From NCBI GenBank assembly GCA_963803435.1, contig CAWDML010000001.1:1216001-1280000 (forward strand): a stretch of DNA of 64,000 nucleotides. Reading direction: 5' to 3'. The notes beneath the pieces are model-generated. The model did not search any database. It saw nothing but the letters and a program-made list of their open reading frames with translations, and was not told the DNA's origin. This DNA is from an uncultured delta proteobacterium. GTDB lineage: Bacteria > Myxococcota > Kuafuiibacteriia > Kuafuiibacteriales > Kuafuiibacteriaceae. The position numbers and the translations under genes are program-made. This document shows positions 20,446 through 28,458 of this stretch, in pieces. Each line of letters begins with the position of its first letter. The first letter of the stretch is position 1.

Positions 20446-21735
20446 CAGGGTGTAGACGCTGTCCGGCAACCTGCCGGGGGCGCGCGCGGCCACGCTCTCC
20501 ACGACGATCAAGGACGCCATTGCGATCTGCACGGCGATGAGGAACAGGGCGAGCGCGGGGCCGGCCGGGCAGCGAAAGGCCTCCGCCGGGAACGCCCGGC
20601 CGGCGCGCGCGTCCCGCACTCGAAACACGATCAGGCTGGCGTACGCGAGACCGAAGAGGACGGCCGCGGCCAGGAAGTAGATCGAGAGGATCTCCGTGAA
20701 GCCCCGGTACGCCGTGAAGAGCGCCGCCACCGCACCGACGGCGATCAGCGCCGTCACCGGCGACTGCCGCCTCGACATGGTGCCCAGCGCCGAGGGCGCG
20801 AGCCCGTCGCGGGCCAGCGCGAACGGCACGCGCACGGCGGCGAGCACGGTCGAGGAGAGGCAGCCTCCGAACAGCAGCACGTTCAGCACGACCATCACGG
20901 TGCGCCCGGCGTCGCCGAACAGCCGCTGCATCACCTCGTTGGCGACGAAGCGGGTGCCGCTCATCTCCTCGGGCGTCATCGTGCGGAGGAACGCCAGGTT
21001 GACCAGCACGTAGAGCGCCGTCAGCAGCAGGCCGGAGCCGACCAGCGCGCGCGGGAGATCGCGCCGGACGTCCCGCATCTCCTCCGCCATCTTGGCGGCG
21101 TCGGTCGAGCCGTCGTACGCCCAGAGCACGGACGGCAGCGCGGCGATGAACGCGACCACCGGCGAGGAGCGTCCCGCCGCGAGATGAACGGGGGCGCTCC
21201 AGTGGATGTCGCTTCGACCGAGAAGCAGCGCGACCCCCGCGACCGTCATCAGCGCCAGGACCTTGACGGCGGTGAGCACGTTCTGAGATCCCGCGCCCGC
21301 CCGGAGGCCGAGGCAGTTGACGCCCGTGACCACCGCGATCGCGGCGACCCCGATCATGTTGGCGTGCGCCACGTCGATCGAGACGAGCTCCGAGACCGCC
21401 TCGCCAAAGGCGACCGCGATGATCGCCGCGCCGCCACCCAGGATGAACACGCTGTAGCCCCACCCGAAGACGAACGCGCAGAGGCTGCCGTACGCCTCGC
21501 GGAGGTAGACGTACTCGCCGCCGGCTTCGGGGAACCGGGTGGCGAGCTCGGCGGTGACCAATCCGGCGGCCACCACGAAGAAGCCGCCGAAGAGCCAGAC
21601 CGCCACCATCAGCAGGGGCGAGGAGAGCTCGGTCGCGATCTCCCCGGGAGTACGAAAGATTCCCGACCCCACCGCCACGCCAATCCCAATCAGGAGCGCG
21701 GTCGCGGACCCGAGGAGCCGCTGGAGCCTCGGCAC
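20389..21735 (-). CDS. APC family amino acid permease
   Basis: GVAVGSGIFRTP, AELATRFPEAGGEYVYLREAYG, LWAYDG...AEEMRD.RRDLPRA; many TM segments; overlaps the DUF692 3' end by 57 bp. Confidence 0.88.
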   Translation of the reverse strand: MPRLQRLLGSATALLIGIGVAVGSGIFRTPGEIATELSSPLLMVAVWLFGGFFVVAAGLVTAELATRFPEAGGEYVYLREAYGSLCAFVFGWGYSVFILGGGAAIIAVAFGEAVSELVSIDVAHANMIGVAAIAVVTGVNCLGLRAGAGSQNVLTAVKVLALMTVAGVALLLGRSDIHWSAPVHLAAGRSSPVVAFIAALPSVLWAYDGSTDAAKMAEEMRDVRRDLPRALVGSGLLLTALYVLVNLAFLRTMTPEEMSGTRFVANEVMQRLFGDAGRTVMVVLNVLLFGGCLSSTVLAAVRVPFALARDGLAPSALGTMSRRQSPVTALIAVGAVAALFTAYRGFTEILSIYFLAAAVLFGLAYASLIVFRVRDARAGRAFPAEAFRCPAGPALALFLIAVQIAMASLIVVESVAARAPGRLPDSVYTLLLLAGFGVFYLPWKLLRR

Positions 21736-21775
21736 GATCGTGAGCTATAGGGTCGGCTGGCGCCAAAGGGAAGCG

Positions 21776-22927
21776 ATGTCGAAGAAGCGAGCCAAGACCG
21801 GCACTCCACCGAAGCGCAAGGCGCGGCCGAAGCGCGGAAAGGCCTTCAGGACGAAGGTCATCCCGCGAAGCCAGGACGGCGAGAGCGGGGAGGCCTCCAG
21901 GACGAAGGTCATCCCGCGAAGCCACCAGCCGTCCATTGTTCGGGATGACGGGGGACCTGCGCCCGAGGAGGGCGGACCGGCCGAGGTGATGGTCTCGGAG
22001 CGCGCCAGCGCCATGCCGTTGACGCCCGGATCGCGGGTCGAGCGGAGCACGCTCGGCGAGGGCGCCTCCGTGAGCGCGGGCGTGGCGATGGAGGGCGGCG
22101 TCGAGGGCCCCCTCGAGCGGCTCCAGGCCTGGTTCAGCGCGGTCGTCACGCACCCGACGAGCGCCGCAGAGGGCGTCGAGAGCGCCGCGCCAATCCAGCG
22201 CGCACTGGGAGCGCACGCCGTCGAGGAGATTGTCACGCCCAGCGCGCGCATGACGGCGGTCGACCGGCTCGGCATCTATCAGTTCGCGTACCACGCGCGC
22301 CTCGTCGAGTGCCTCGCCGACGACTACCCGGCGGTGAAGACGGCGATCGGTGAGGACACCTTCGAGACGGTGGCGAGGAGGTACATTGCGAAGCATCCCT
22401 CGCAGAACGCCAACCTCAACTCCTTCGGATCGAGCTTCGCAGGCTTCGTCGCCGAGCAGAGCGACTGGCTCGAGCACCACGCGTTCCTCGCCGACCTGGC
22501 GCGGCTCGAGTGGGCGATGGTCGAGGTGCTGCACGCACCCGCCGCGCCGGCGCTGCTGCTCTCGGGCCTGTCCCAACTGGCGCCCGAGGCGTGGGGCCGC
22601 ATCGAGCTCTCGCCGGCGCCGACCCTGCGCTTCCTCGAGCTCGACCATCCCGCCAACGCGTTCCTCCAGGCGACGCGCGACGGCGAGTCTCCGGAGATCC
22701 CGCCGCCGGCGTGGTCGGCCACCGCGGTCTATCGACAGGGGTACACGATCTGGCGGATGGGCTTCACGCGTCCGATGGCCCGCGTGCTCTCGGCGCTCCT
22801 CGAGGGGCAGAACCTTTCGGACGCGCTCGACCGGCTCGACGTCGCGGACACCAGCGAGGGCGACGTGATGGTGTGGTTCCGAGAGTGGGTCTCGGGCGGC
22901 TTCTTCAGCGCGATTCACACCGCCTGA
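21776..22927 (+). CDS. DUF2063 family MNIO partner protein (BufC/HvfC-like) with long N-terminal extension
   Basis: LERLQAWF, DRLGIYQFAYHARLVECLADDYPAV, Y..HPS...LNSFG, LADLARLEWA. Start is uncertain (21776 or about 22088). Confidence 0.8.
   Translation: MSKKRAKTGTPPKRKARPKRGKAFRTKVIPRSQDGESGEASRTKVIPRSHQPSIVRDDGGPAPEEGGPAEVMVSERASAMPLTPGSRVERSTLGEGASVSAGVAMEGGVEGPLERLQAWFSAVVTHPTSAAEGVESAAPIQRALGAHAVEEIVTPSARMTAVDRLGIYQFAYHARLVECLADDYPAVKTAIGEDTFETVARRYIAKHPSQNANLNSFGSSFAGFVAEQSDWLEHHAFLADLARLEWAMVEVLHAPAAPALLLSGLSQLAPEAWGRIELSPAPTLRFLELDHPANAFLQATRDGESPEIPPPAWSATAVYRQGYTIWRMGFTRPMARVLSALLEGQNLSDALDRLDVADTSEGDVMVWFREWVSGGFFSAIHTA
21840..21924 (+). repeat. 34-bp direct repeat, two copies, 51-bp period
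   Basis: AGGCCT[T/C]CAGGACGAAGGTCATCCCGCGAAGCCA at 21840-21873 and 21891-21924, encoding RTKVIPRS twice. Confidence 0.9.
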
Positions 22928-24045
22928 CGCGTCGCGAACGCGTGGGTCCCGGCGCCAACCCGAACGCGGTGGCCCCGCCAGCGCACGTGCTTCACGAACG
23001 GGGTCACCAGCCAGACGCCCAGCATCGCCAGCTCGCGGAGCGGCGCCAGCAGGAGCGGGATCCAGATGCGGCGGGGACCGCGGAGCAGCCACCACTGGCC
23101 AGCGTCGCGCAACAGCATCAGCGCCGCCGCCCAGGCGAGCCCGGCGGGCAGACCGAGCAATGCGATCGCGCAGGGTGCGAGGAGGAGCGGGCTGGCCAGC
23201 GGCTCCAGCAGGAATGCGATCCCGCGCAGACGCACCCGGAGAATCGACCAGCGGAGCTGGCGCTCCAGGCACCGCGCCAGCGAGAGCCGGCCGTTGGTCG
23301 CTTGGACCACCGTGGGGGCGATGCAAACCTCGAAGCCCGCGTGCTGGAACTTCTTGCCGATGATGAAGTCCTCGGCGAGTAGATCGCGGACACTCTCGAA
23401 GCCGCCGAGCGACTCGAACACGCGGCGGGAGAAGAGCATCGACTTCCCCACCACGGCTGCGTCGCCGAAGATCGTCGGGAGCGCAGCCCCCGCCGCGACG
23501 AAGCCGTTGAGCTGGACGTTCTCCAGCGCCGCGCCCAGGCTCCGCTCGCCGGCGCCGGAGAAAAGGTGCGTCACCAACCCGACGCGCGGGTCCGCCCCGA
23601 ACACCGCGATCGCCTCGCTCAGATAGCACGGCGGCACGCGCACGTTGCTGTCGCTGACCAGGAGCAGATCGTGGGCCGCGTGCTCGACCATGCCCCGTAG
23701 GTTCGCGATCTTGGGGTTGAGCGCGCGACCGCCTCCGTGGATCACGAGCGTGCATTCCACCTCCGGGTGGCGACGCGCCACCGCCCGGGCGATCGCGATC
23801 GCCGGATCGCGCCCATCCTCGACGCCGAACAGGATCTGCACTCGCCCCGGATAATCCTGGCGGAAGAAGCTCTCCAGATTCGCCGCCAGATCCGGGTCGG
23901 CGCCGCACAGCGGCTTCAGCACCGTGAGCGCCGGCGACGCGTGCGCGCTCGAGGCGCGGCCACGGCGGGCGGCGAGCACCGCCAGCGTCCCCGACACGAC
24001 CCATAGCGAGCAGAGCCCGACCAGCGCGGCAAAGAGGATCATCAT
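22915..24045 (-). CDS. GT2/GT21 glycosyltransferase (ceramide glucosyltransferase/HpnI-like)
   Basis: TVLKPLCG, LESFFRQDYP, NPKIANL, SDSNVRV, GKSM, LAEDF, RQLRW. Confidence 0.85.
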   Translation of the reverse strand: MMILFAALVGLCSLWVVSGTLAVLAARRGRASSAHASPALTVLKPLCGADPDLAANLESFFRQDYPGRVQILFGVEDGRDPAIAIARAVARRHPEVECTLVIHGGGRALNPKIANLRGMVEHAAHDLLLVSDSNVRVPPCYLSEAIAVFGADPRVGLVTHLFSGAGERSLGAALENVQLNGFVAAGAALPTIFGDAAVVGKSMLFSRRVFESLGGFESVRDLLAEDFIIGKKFQHAGFEVCIAPTVVQATNGRLSLARCLERQLRWSILRVRLRGIAFLLEPLASPLLLAPCAIALLGLPAGLAWAAALMLLRDAGQWWLLRGPRRIWIPLLLAPLRELAMLGVWLVTPFVKHVRWRGHRVRVGAGTHAFATRQAV

Positions 24046-24446
24046 GACGGCACCTCCGCGGGTTTCGGGGCACGGAAGATCCGTGACCACAGGGGCAGGC
24101 TGAAGCCGAAGTACACGAGCGCCGATCCCAGGACGCGCGCGCCCAGATAGGGCAGCGCGAAGACCGCGATCAGACGGTCGAAGAGGAGCGCGTTGAGCGA
24201 TAGGGCCCCGGCCTCCACCAGGCCGAACCAGAGGCCCTGGCGGACCCAGGCCGGCGATCGATCCCGAAACGCGAAGACCTTGTTGCCGACGAACTGGGCG
24301 AGCACGCCGCCGAGGAGCGCCGGGAGGTTGGCGGCCCGTGGCGCGAGCCCCAGACCGTCGACGAGCACCGCGAGGAGGAGGAGATCGAACCCGGTGGCGA
24401 TCGCGCCCACACAGGCGCTCGAGAGGACGGTGGTCAAGCGCCGCAC
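24042..24446 (-). CDS. GtrA family membrane protein
   Basis: VGAIATGFDL, AANLPALLGG..QFVGNKVFAFRD; four hydrophobic segments; ATGA overlap with the GT21 gene. Confidence 0.8.
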   Translation of the reverse strand: MRRLTTVLSSACVGAIATGFDLLLLAVLVDGLGLAPRAANLPALLGGVLAQFVGNKVFAFRDRSPAWVRQGLWFGLVEAGALSLNALLFDRLIAVFALPYLGARVLGSALVYFGFSLPLWSRIFRAPKPAEVPS

Positions 24447-24458
24447 ACGCCGCCCTGG

Positions 24459-24474
24459 AGCCAGGGGCGTGCCA
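24459..24474 (-). promoter_or_regulatory. Candidate sigma54 promoter for gtrA-GT21
   Basis: Minus strand TGGCACG-CCCC-TGGCT with correct -24 GG/-12 GC spacing, 12 nt before GTG 24446. Confidence 0.6.
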
Positions 24475-24676
24475 CACCGCCGCGGCAGGCGGGATGATGT
24501 CTCGGTGCGTCGAAGGCGTTCCGGAAGCGCGTCGGGCGTTTCGCGGCGCGGCCAAGTGAGGAGCCGAAGCCCCACTGTCGGGATCGATTCATCCCCACGC
24601 AGGCGTGCTTCGCGGATGTAACGGATGCCTCACGGAACGGCCCAATGTTTGCTCGTGGAACGCTGAGACAGCCGCC

Positions 24677-25267
24677 ATGTTCCTGGAAGACGCCACCTCG
24701 CGAAGCCTGTCGAGCGTTGACTTCGGCCGAGCCGCCCAGGACGCCGCCCGGAACCCCAAAGGCCTGGCCCTTCCGCCGCCCACCGAGTTCATCCACGCTC
24801 CCTCCGAGATCCTCGACGAAGAAGCTGCGCTCCAGCAGGCCCGCTTGGAGAAGCAGTCCATCCTCTGGCGGGCCCGCGTGCGCCTGCGACGCGTCTCGGA
24901 GATTGCGCGCGATCTCGCCCTTCAGACCTGGGAGCTGCTCTCTCACCGGATCGAGTCCGACACGTTCGACTACGACGAGCCCGAGGTTCTCGACGAGCAA
25001 CCGGATCTCCCGCCGCTCGAGGTGAGTCAGGAGATCGATCTTCGCGAGGACGACGACGCGGATACCGCCCGCGTGCCCACGCCGGTCCCGTTCCCCGCAC
25101 ACCGTGAGGGGGGAGCTCCGGGGAAGGACGAGTGGACCGTCACGACGCAGGTGGTCGACATGACCCGGCGGCGCAAGGGCAAGGGGACCCGACCGGGGTC
25201 ACTCCCGGGGCGCCCGATCCCCGTGTCGGATCCGATCCTCGATCCCTCCCGCAGGCCGAAGCGTTAG
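24677..25267 (+). CDS. Hypothetical acidic, low-complexity protein
   Basis: Open frame with host-like codons filling the gap; no recognised motif. Confidence 0.5.
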   Translation: MFLEDATSRSLSSVDFGRAAQDAARNPKGLALPPPTEFIHAPSEILDEEAALQQARLEKQSILWRARVRLRRVSEIARDLALQTWELLSHRIESDTFDYDEPEVLDEQPDLPPLEVSQEIDLREDDDADTARVPTPVPFPAHREGGAPGKDEWTVTTQVVDMTRRRKGKGTRPGSLPGRPIPVSDPILDPSRRPKR

Positions 25268-25278
25268 CGCGACCCTAG

Positions 25279-25344
25279 GAGCGTGTAGCGCGTAAGCGCT
25301 CACGCGACCCCGGTCCGGGTCCCGGTCCCGGTCCGGGTCCCGAT
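25279..25344 (+). repeat. Left terminal inverted repeat (66 bp) with CC[C/G]GGT hexamer array
   Basis: GAGCGTGTAGCGCGTAAGCGCTCACGCGACCCCGGTCCGGGTCCCGGTCCCGGTCCGGGTCCCGAT. Confidence 0.92.
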
Positions 25345-25364
25345 CTGAAGAGGGCTGCCTTGAG

Positions 25365-26750
25365 TCAGACGCTCGCGACGGTCGCGAGCTTCGATCGGTA
25401 GAGCTTGAGCAGGTTGTGGGTGAGGCAGACGAGCATCCACTCGGCTCGTACCTTGAAGAAGGAGCGTAGCGAGAACCGGCGGAATCCTCGTGCCGCTTTG
25501 ATCTGTCCGAGCGCCGGTTCGACGATACTCTTCCTGCGGGGGTAGACCGCCTTGCCGTCGCGCGTTTGCAACTTGTCTCGCATTCGCTTGCGAGCGAGCG
25601 AGGCAGGTGTGGGCTCCGAAGCTGATGAGGACGGAGTCGACGCGTCTTGGTTCTGTTCGCGTCCAACAGCGATGTGGGCATCGATCTGATTGTTGTCGCA
25701 GAATTCGATGTTGGTCGCGCTCAGATAGCCGTTGTCTGCCGTCATCTTCCGAGGAGCATCGCCGCAGTTGCCGAACACATCACGGAGCATCGGGACGAGG
25801 TGTTGCTGATCAGGTGCCTGGTTGCTGACCCCTTCGGCGACACTCACCTGAGCGTGCTCATCTACGACAACTTGGGCATTGTAGGCCTGGAGGTACGCTC
25901 CCTCCTTCAACATGATCCTGCTGTCTGAGTCGGTGAAGTTCCTCTGAGCGTTGGGCCTCGGTGTGCCGTCCACATTTGCAGGAACGCGATGATGCGGCCA
26001 TCCATCATTTCGTTCAGTTGGGTCTGGGGATGGTTCGAGCTGGTCAGCCTGCGCTCTTGCCTTCTCGGCTCGAGTTCTCGCTCGCTTCTGCTCCACCCGA
26101 TCCACAAGAGCATCATCCGCTTTGCTCTGCTGCTCTTCGGCTTGCCGGCGCAATTTCTCCGCGCGAGCCCTGGCGGCATCCTGCTCCAGCGCAGCCTTCG
26201 CTTCTCGAATGCGGGCAAGGCGGGATTCACGGCGAGCGAGCTCCGCTGGGATGTCCTCTTCAGTCTCTTCAACGCCCAGCCGCTCGTCTTCCTCTTGGTC
26301 GATCGTGCGCGCTCGCTCCAGCAGTTCTTCGATCTCGAGAGACAGCCGCTTCTCCTCCTCGGCCATCCGCTCGTAGGTCATCGCCTTGTGCTTGCTCGCG
26401 TTCGCCTGCACCTTCGAGCCATCGAGTGCGACGTGTCCGAGCCGCACCAAACCTGCTTTCTGGCAAAGCTTCAGGACTTCGAGGAAGAGCGCTTTCAGTG
26501 CCTCCAGGTGGACCAGCCGAAACTCGTTGATCGTCGTGAAGTGGGGATGACTTTCTCCAGCCAGCACCCGGAATGGAATGTCTTCGTAGGTCGCCCGCGC
26601 GATCCTCCGCGACGAATAGATGCCGGTGCAGTAGGCGTACAGAAGCAGCGCGATCATCATTCGAGGCGAGTACGGTCGCTCGCCTCGCGGGTCCTTGGAC
26701 TGGATCGAGATCTCGATCGCGCTCAGCTCTACCTCATCGACGACGTCCAA
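25365..26750 (-). CDS. IS1182 family DDE transposase, 5' end probably damaged
   Basis: PYSPRMMIALLLYAYCTGIYSSRRIARAT, ALDGSKVQANASKHK, NFTDSDSRIM, YNAQ, ADNGY, RKSIVEP..GQIK..RGFRRF. The conserved WLPENHLAYFV lies upstream in frame (to 26783), but a TGA follows shortly upstream with no start. Confidence 0.9.
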   Translation of the reverse strand: MDVVDEVELSAIEISIQSKDPRGERPYSPRMMIALLLYAYCTGIYSSRRIARATYEDIPFRVLAGESHPHFTTINEFRLVHLEALKALFLEVLKLCQKAGLVRLGHVALDGSKVQANASKHKAMTYERMAEEEKRLSLEIEELLERARTIDQEEDERLGVEETEEDIPAELARRESRLARIREAKAALEQDAARARAEKLRRQAEEQQSKADDALVDRVEQKRARTRAEKARAQADQLEPSPDPTERNDGWPHHRVPANVDGTPRPNAQRNFTDSDSRIMLKEGAYLQAYNAQVVVDEHAQVSVAEGVSNQAPDQQHLVPMLRDVFGNCGDAPRKMTADNGYLSATNIEFCDNNQIDAHIAVGREQNQDASTPSSSASEPTPASLARKRMRDKLQTRDGKAVYPRRKSIVEPALGQIKAARGFRRFSLRSFFKVRAEWMLVCLTHNLLKLYRSKLATVASV

Positions 26751-26837
26751 GACGAAGTACGCGAGATGATTTTCTGGGAGCCAACCTCCAAGAACTTCTG
26801 CTGGTCAAAGTGGACGAGCTACCGCAAGCTAGCTTGC

Positions 26838-27220
26838 ATTGTCACTTTCGATCACGAGAAGCTCGAGGTTCTACCAGCTCGCCGTCGAGTAGGCCGACAT
26901 CGCTGAAGAGATCGCACAAGAACTGCAACCCGGTCACGCTCACGTCCGCGATCAGCTTCGGCGGGCATCCGATTCCATCGTGAACAACACCGCCGAGGGC
27001 GCCGGAGAGTTCAATCTACCTGAGAAGGCTCGCTTCTACCGCTCGCTTCTACCGGATGGCACTTCGCTCTGGCACCGAAAGCGCCGCCTCACTCCACACC
27101 TGCTCGAGGCGCCGACTCGCCAACGAGCAGAAGGTCCAAGCCGCCAGAGCCAAGCTCAAGCGCGTTGTCGAGATGCTCACGCGCCTCATCAAGTCGATGA
27201 ACGCACGCCGGGCTGCATGA
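26838..27220 (+). pseudogene. Four-helix-bundle protein (23S rRNA IVP / Avd-like) pseudogene
   Basis: Reconstructs to FDHEKLEV/YQLAVE*ADIAEEIAQELQPGHAHVRDQLRRASDSIVNNTAEGAGEFNLPEKARFY/RMALRSGTESAASL...LKRVVEMLTRLIK. Lesions: +1 base near 26870, TAG at 26890-26892, 13-bp duplication at 27028-27053. Confidence 0.85.
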
Positions 27221-27225
27221 TCGCC

Positions 27226-27290
27226 ATCGGGACCGGGACCGGGACCGGGACCCGGACCGGGCTCGCGGTAGCGCTACGCGCTACACGCTC
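27226..27290 (-). repeat. Right terminal inverted repeat (65 bp) with GGGACC hexamer array
   Basis: Its reverse complement matches the left TIR except for a few positions. Confidence 0.92.
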
Positions 27291-27299
27291 CTAGTGCCC

Positions 27300-27896
27300 T
27301 CACGCGGGCCGCGTCCGATAGACGGCCCAGCGTCGTGAGGCGGCGGCGGGCTCGAGCCACCAGACTCGATCGAGCACGTCTCGATGGACGGGCTCGAAGT
27401 ACAGGATCCAGATCTCGCGCGGGTGGGCCTCGAAGGAGCGACCGAGGTTCGCGATGACCCGCTTCACCACGGGCGCCCCGAACGGGTTGTACATGAAGAC
27501 CATCAGCGGACCGTCCGGAAACTCGAACGCCGCCGCGTCGTCGAGCACGCAGCCGAGGTGGCGGCAGCGCTGCCAGGGCGCTGAGAAGCTGCGCAGGTTG
27601 TCCTGGGCGGTTCGCCAGAGGGCCTCCGAGAGCTCGACGCCGAGGATGCGCTCGAAGGGATGGGCCGAGGCGAGACAGAGCACACGACCCTTGCCCGCGC
27701 CCAGATCGACGAAGGTGAAGCGCTCGAACGCCACGTCGGCGTCGAGCAGCATGTCTTCGAAGATGTCCGGCGGCGTCGGTTGATAGTCGCGGGCGTCGCG
27801 CGCACGGGCGCCGGCGAGCCCCAAGGTCTGGGCGCTGACCGTACGGCTGGTCCGGATGCCGAGCGCTCGGTCGGAATAGTCGCGGCGGCGCACCAT
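27300..27896 (-). CDS. Class I SAM-dependent methyltransferase
   Basis: YQPTP, TFVDLGAGKGRVL, GVELS, DAAAF, FMYNPF. Confidence 0.8.
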   Translation of the reverse strand: MVRRRDYSDRALGIRTSRTVSAQTLGLAGARARDARDYQPTPPDIFEDMLLDADVAFERFTFVDLGAGKGRVLCLASAHPFERILGVELSEALWRTAQDNLRSFSAPWQRCRHLGCVLDDAAAFEFPDGPLMVFMYNPFGAPVVKRVIANLGRSFEAHPREIWILYFEPVHRDVLDRVWWLEPAAASRRWAVYRTRPA

Positions 27897-27903
27897 AGCC
27901 AGG

Positions 27904-28425
27904 TCAGCCGAACGCGGCCTGGAGCTCCGAGCGCTGGCCCTCGTCGAGGTTGTAGCTATTGTCCAGCACCTGGGCCGGGAGCCCCTCGCCCGAGTGTTCG
28001 ACCGCGCAGCCCACGTGAAGGTATCCGGCGCTCTTCGACACGAACGTGCCGGTGTCGACCTCGCGCTCGACGGCCACCCGGAGTTGGCCCTTCTCGATCA
28101 TCTGCTCGCACTGCATGCACTTGGAGCGGCCGGAGGGCGCGACCTCGGCGTATGGGAACGGCGGCTTCGTCTTCTTCTTGCCCTCGGCGATGGCCTTCTC
28201 GACCTCGGCGCGGTTGGGGATGTCACCGTCGTACGCTTTGATCAGCTTCTCCAGCTGCATCGGCTCCACGAAGGCGCCGCACTCGAGGTGGTACCAGCGA
28301 TAGCTGGGCTCCTCGCCGTACTGCATGTCGGACTCGACGCCGAACCGCAGCGCACCCTTTTCGATCTTGTTCTTGCACTTGCGGCACGAAGCGCGGCCGG
28401 ACTTCGAAGTCTCGATGACGCTCAT
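27904..28425 (-). CDS. Stand-alone protein with two PARP-type zinc fingers
   Basis: KSGRASCRKC..KIEKGALR...RWYHLEC and APSGRSKCMQC..IEKGQLR...YLHVGC (CxxC...HxxC). Confidence 0.85.
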   Translation of the reverse strand: MSVIETSKSGRASCRKCKNKIEKGALRFGVESDMQYGEEPSYRWYHLECGAFVEPMQLEKLIKAYDGDIPNRAEVEKAIAEGKKKTKPPFPYAEVAPSGRSKCMQCEQMIEKGQLRVAVEREVDTGTFVSKSAGYLHVGCAVEHSGEGLPAQVLDNSYNLDEGQRSELQAAFG

Positions 28426-28458
28426 GGAGCCAGAGAGATCGAGGATCGGAGGTCCAAG

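Larger units (their letters stand above)
25279..27290. mobile_element. IS1182-family element (2012 bp) with long TIRs, flanked by CTAG, carrying a passenger pseudogene
   Basis: CTAG at 25275-25278 and 27291-27294; ends GAGCGTGTAGCGCGTA inverted with 16/16 identity; visibly lower GC; transposase inside. Confidence 0.9.

Noticed and set aside
20330-24073. 1247-aa minus-strand ORF
   Set aside because: Off-frame or antisense to well-supported genes; low-complexity Arg/Ala/Gly/Pro translation.
26980-27294. 104-aa ORF ending in GTGTGT repeats
   Set aside because: A fragment of the helix-bundle pseudogene that shifts frame and reads through the TIR hexamer array.
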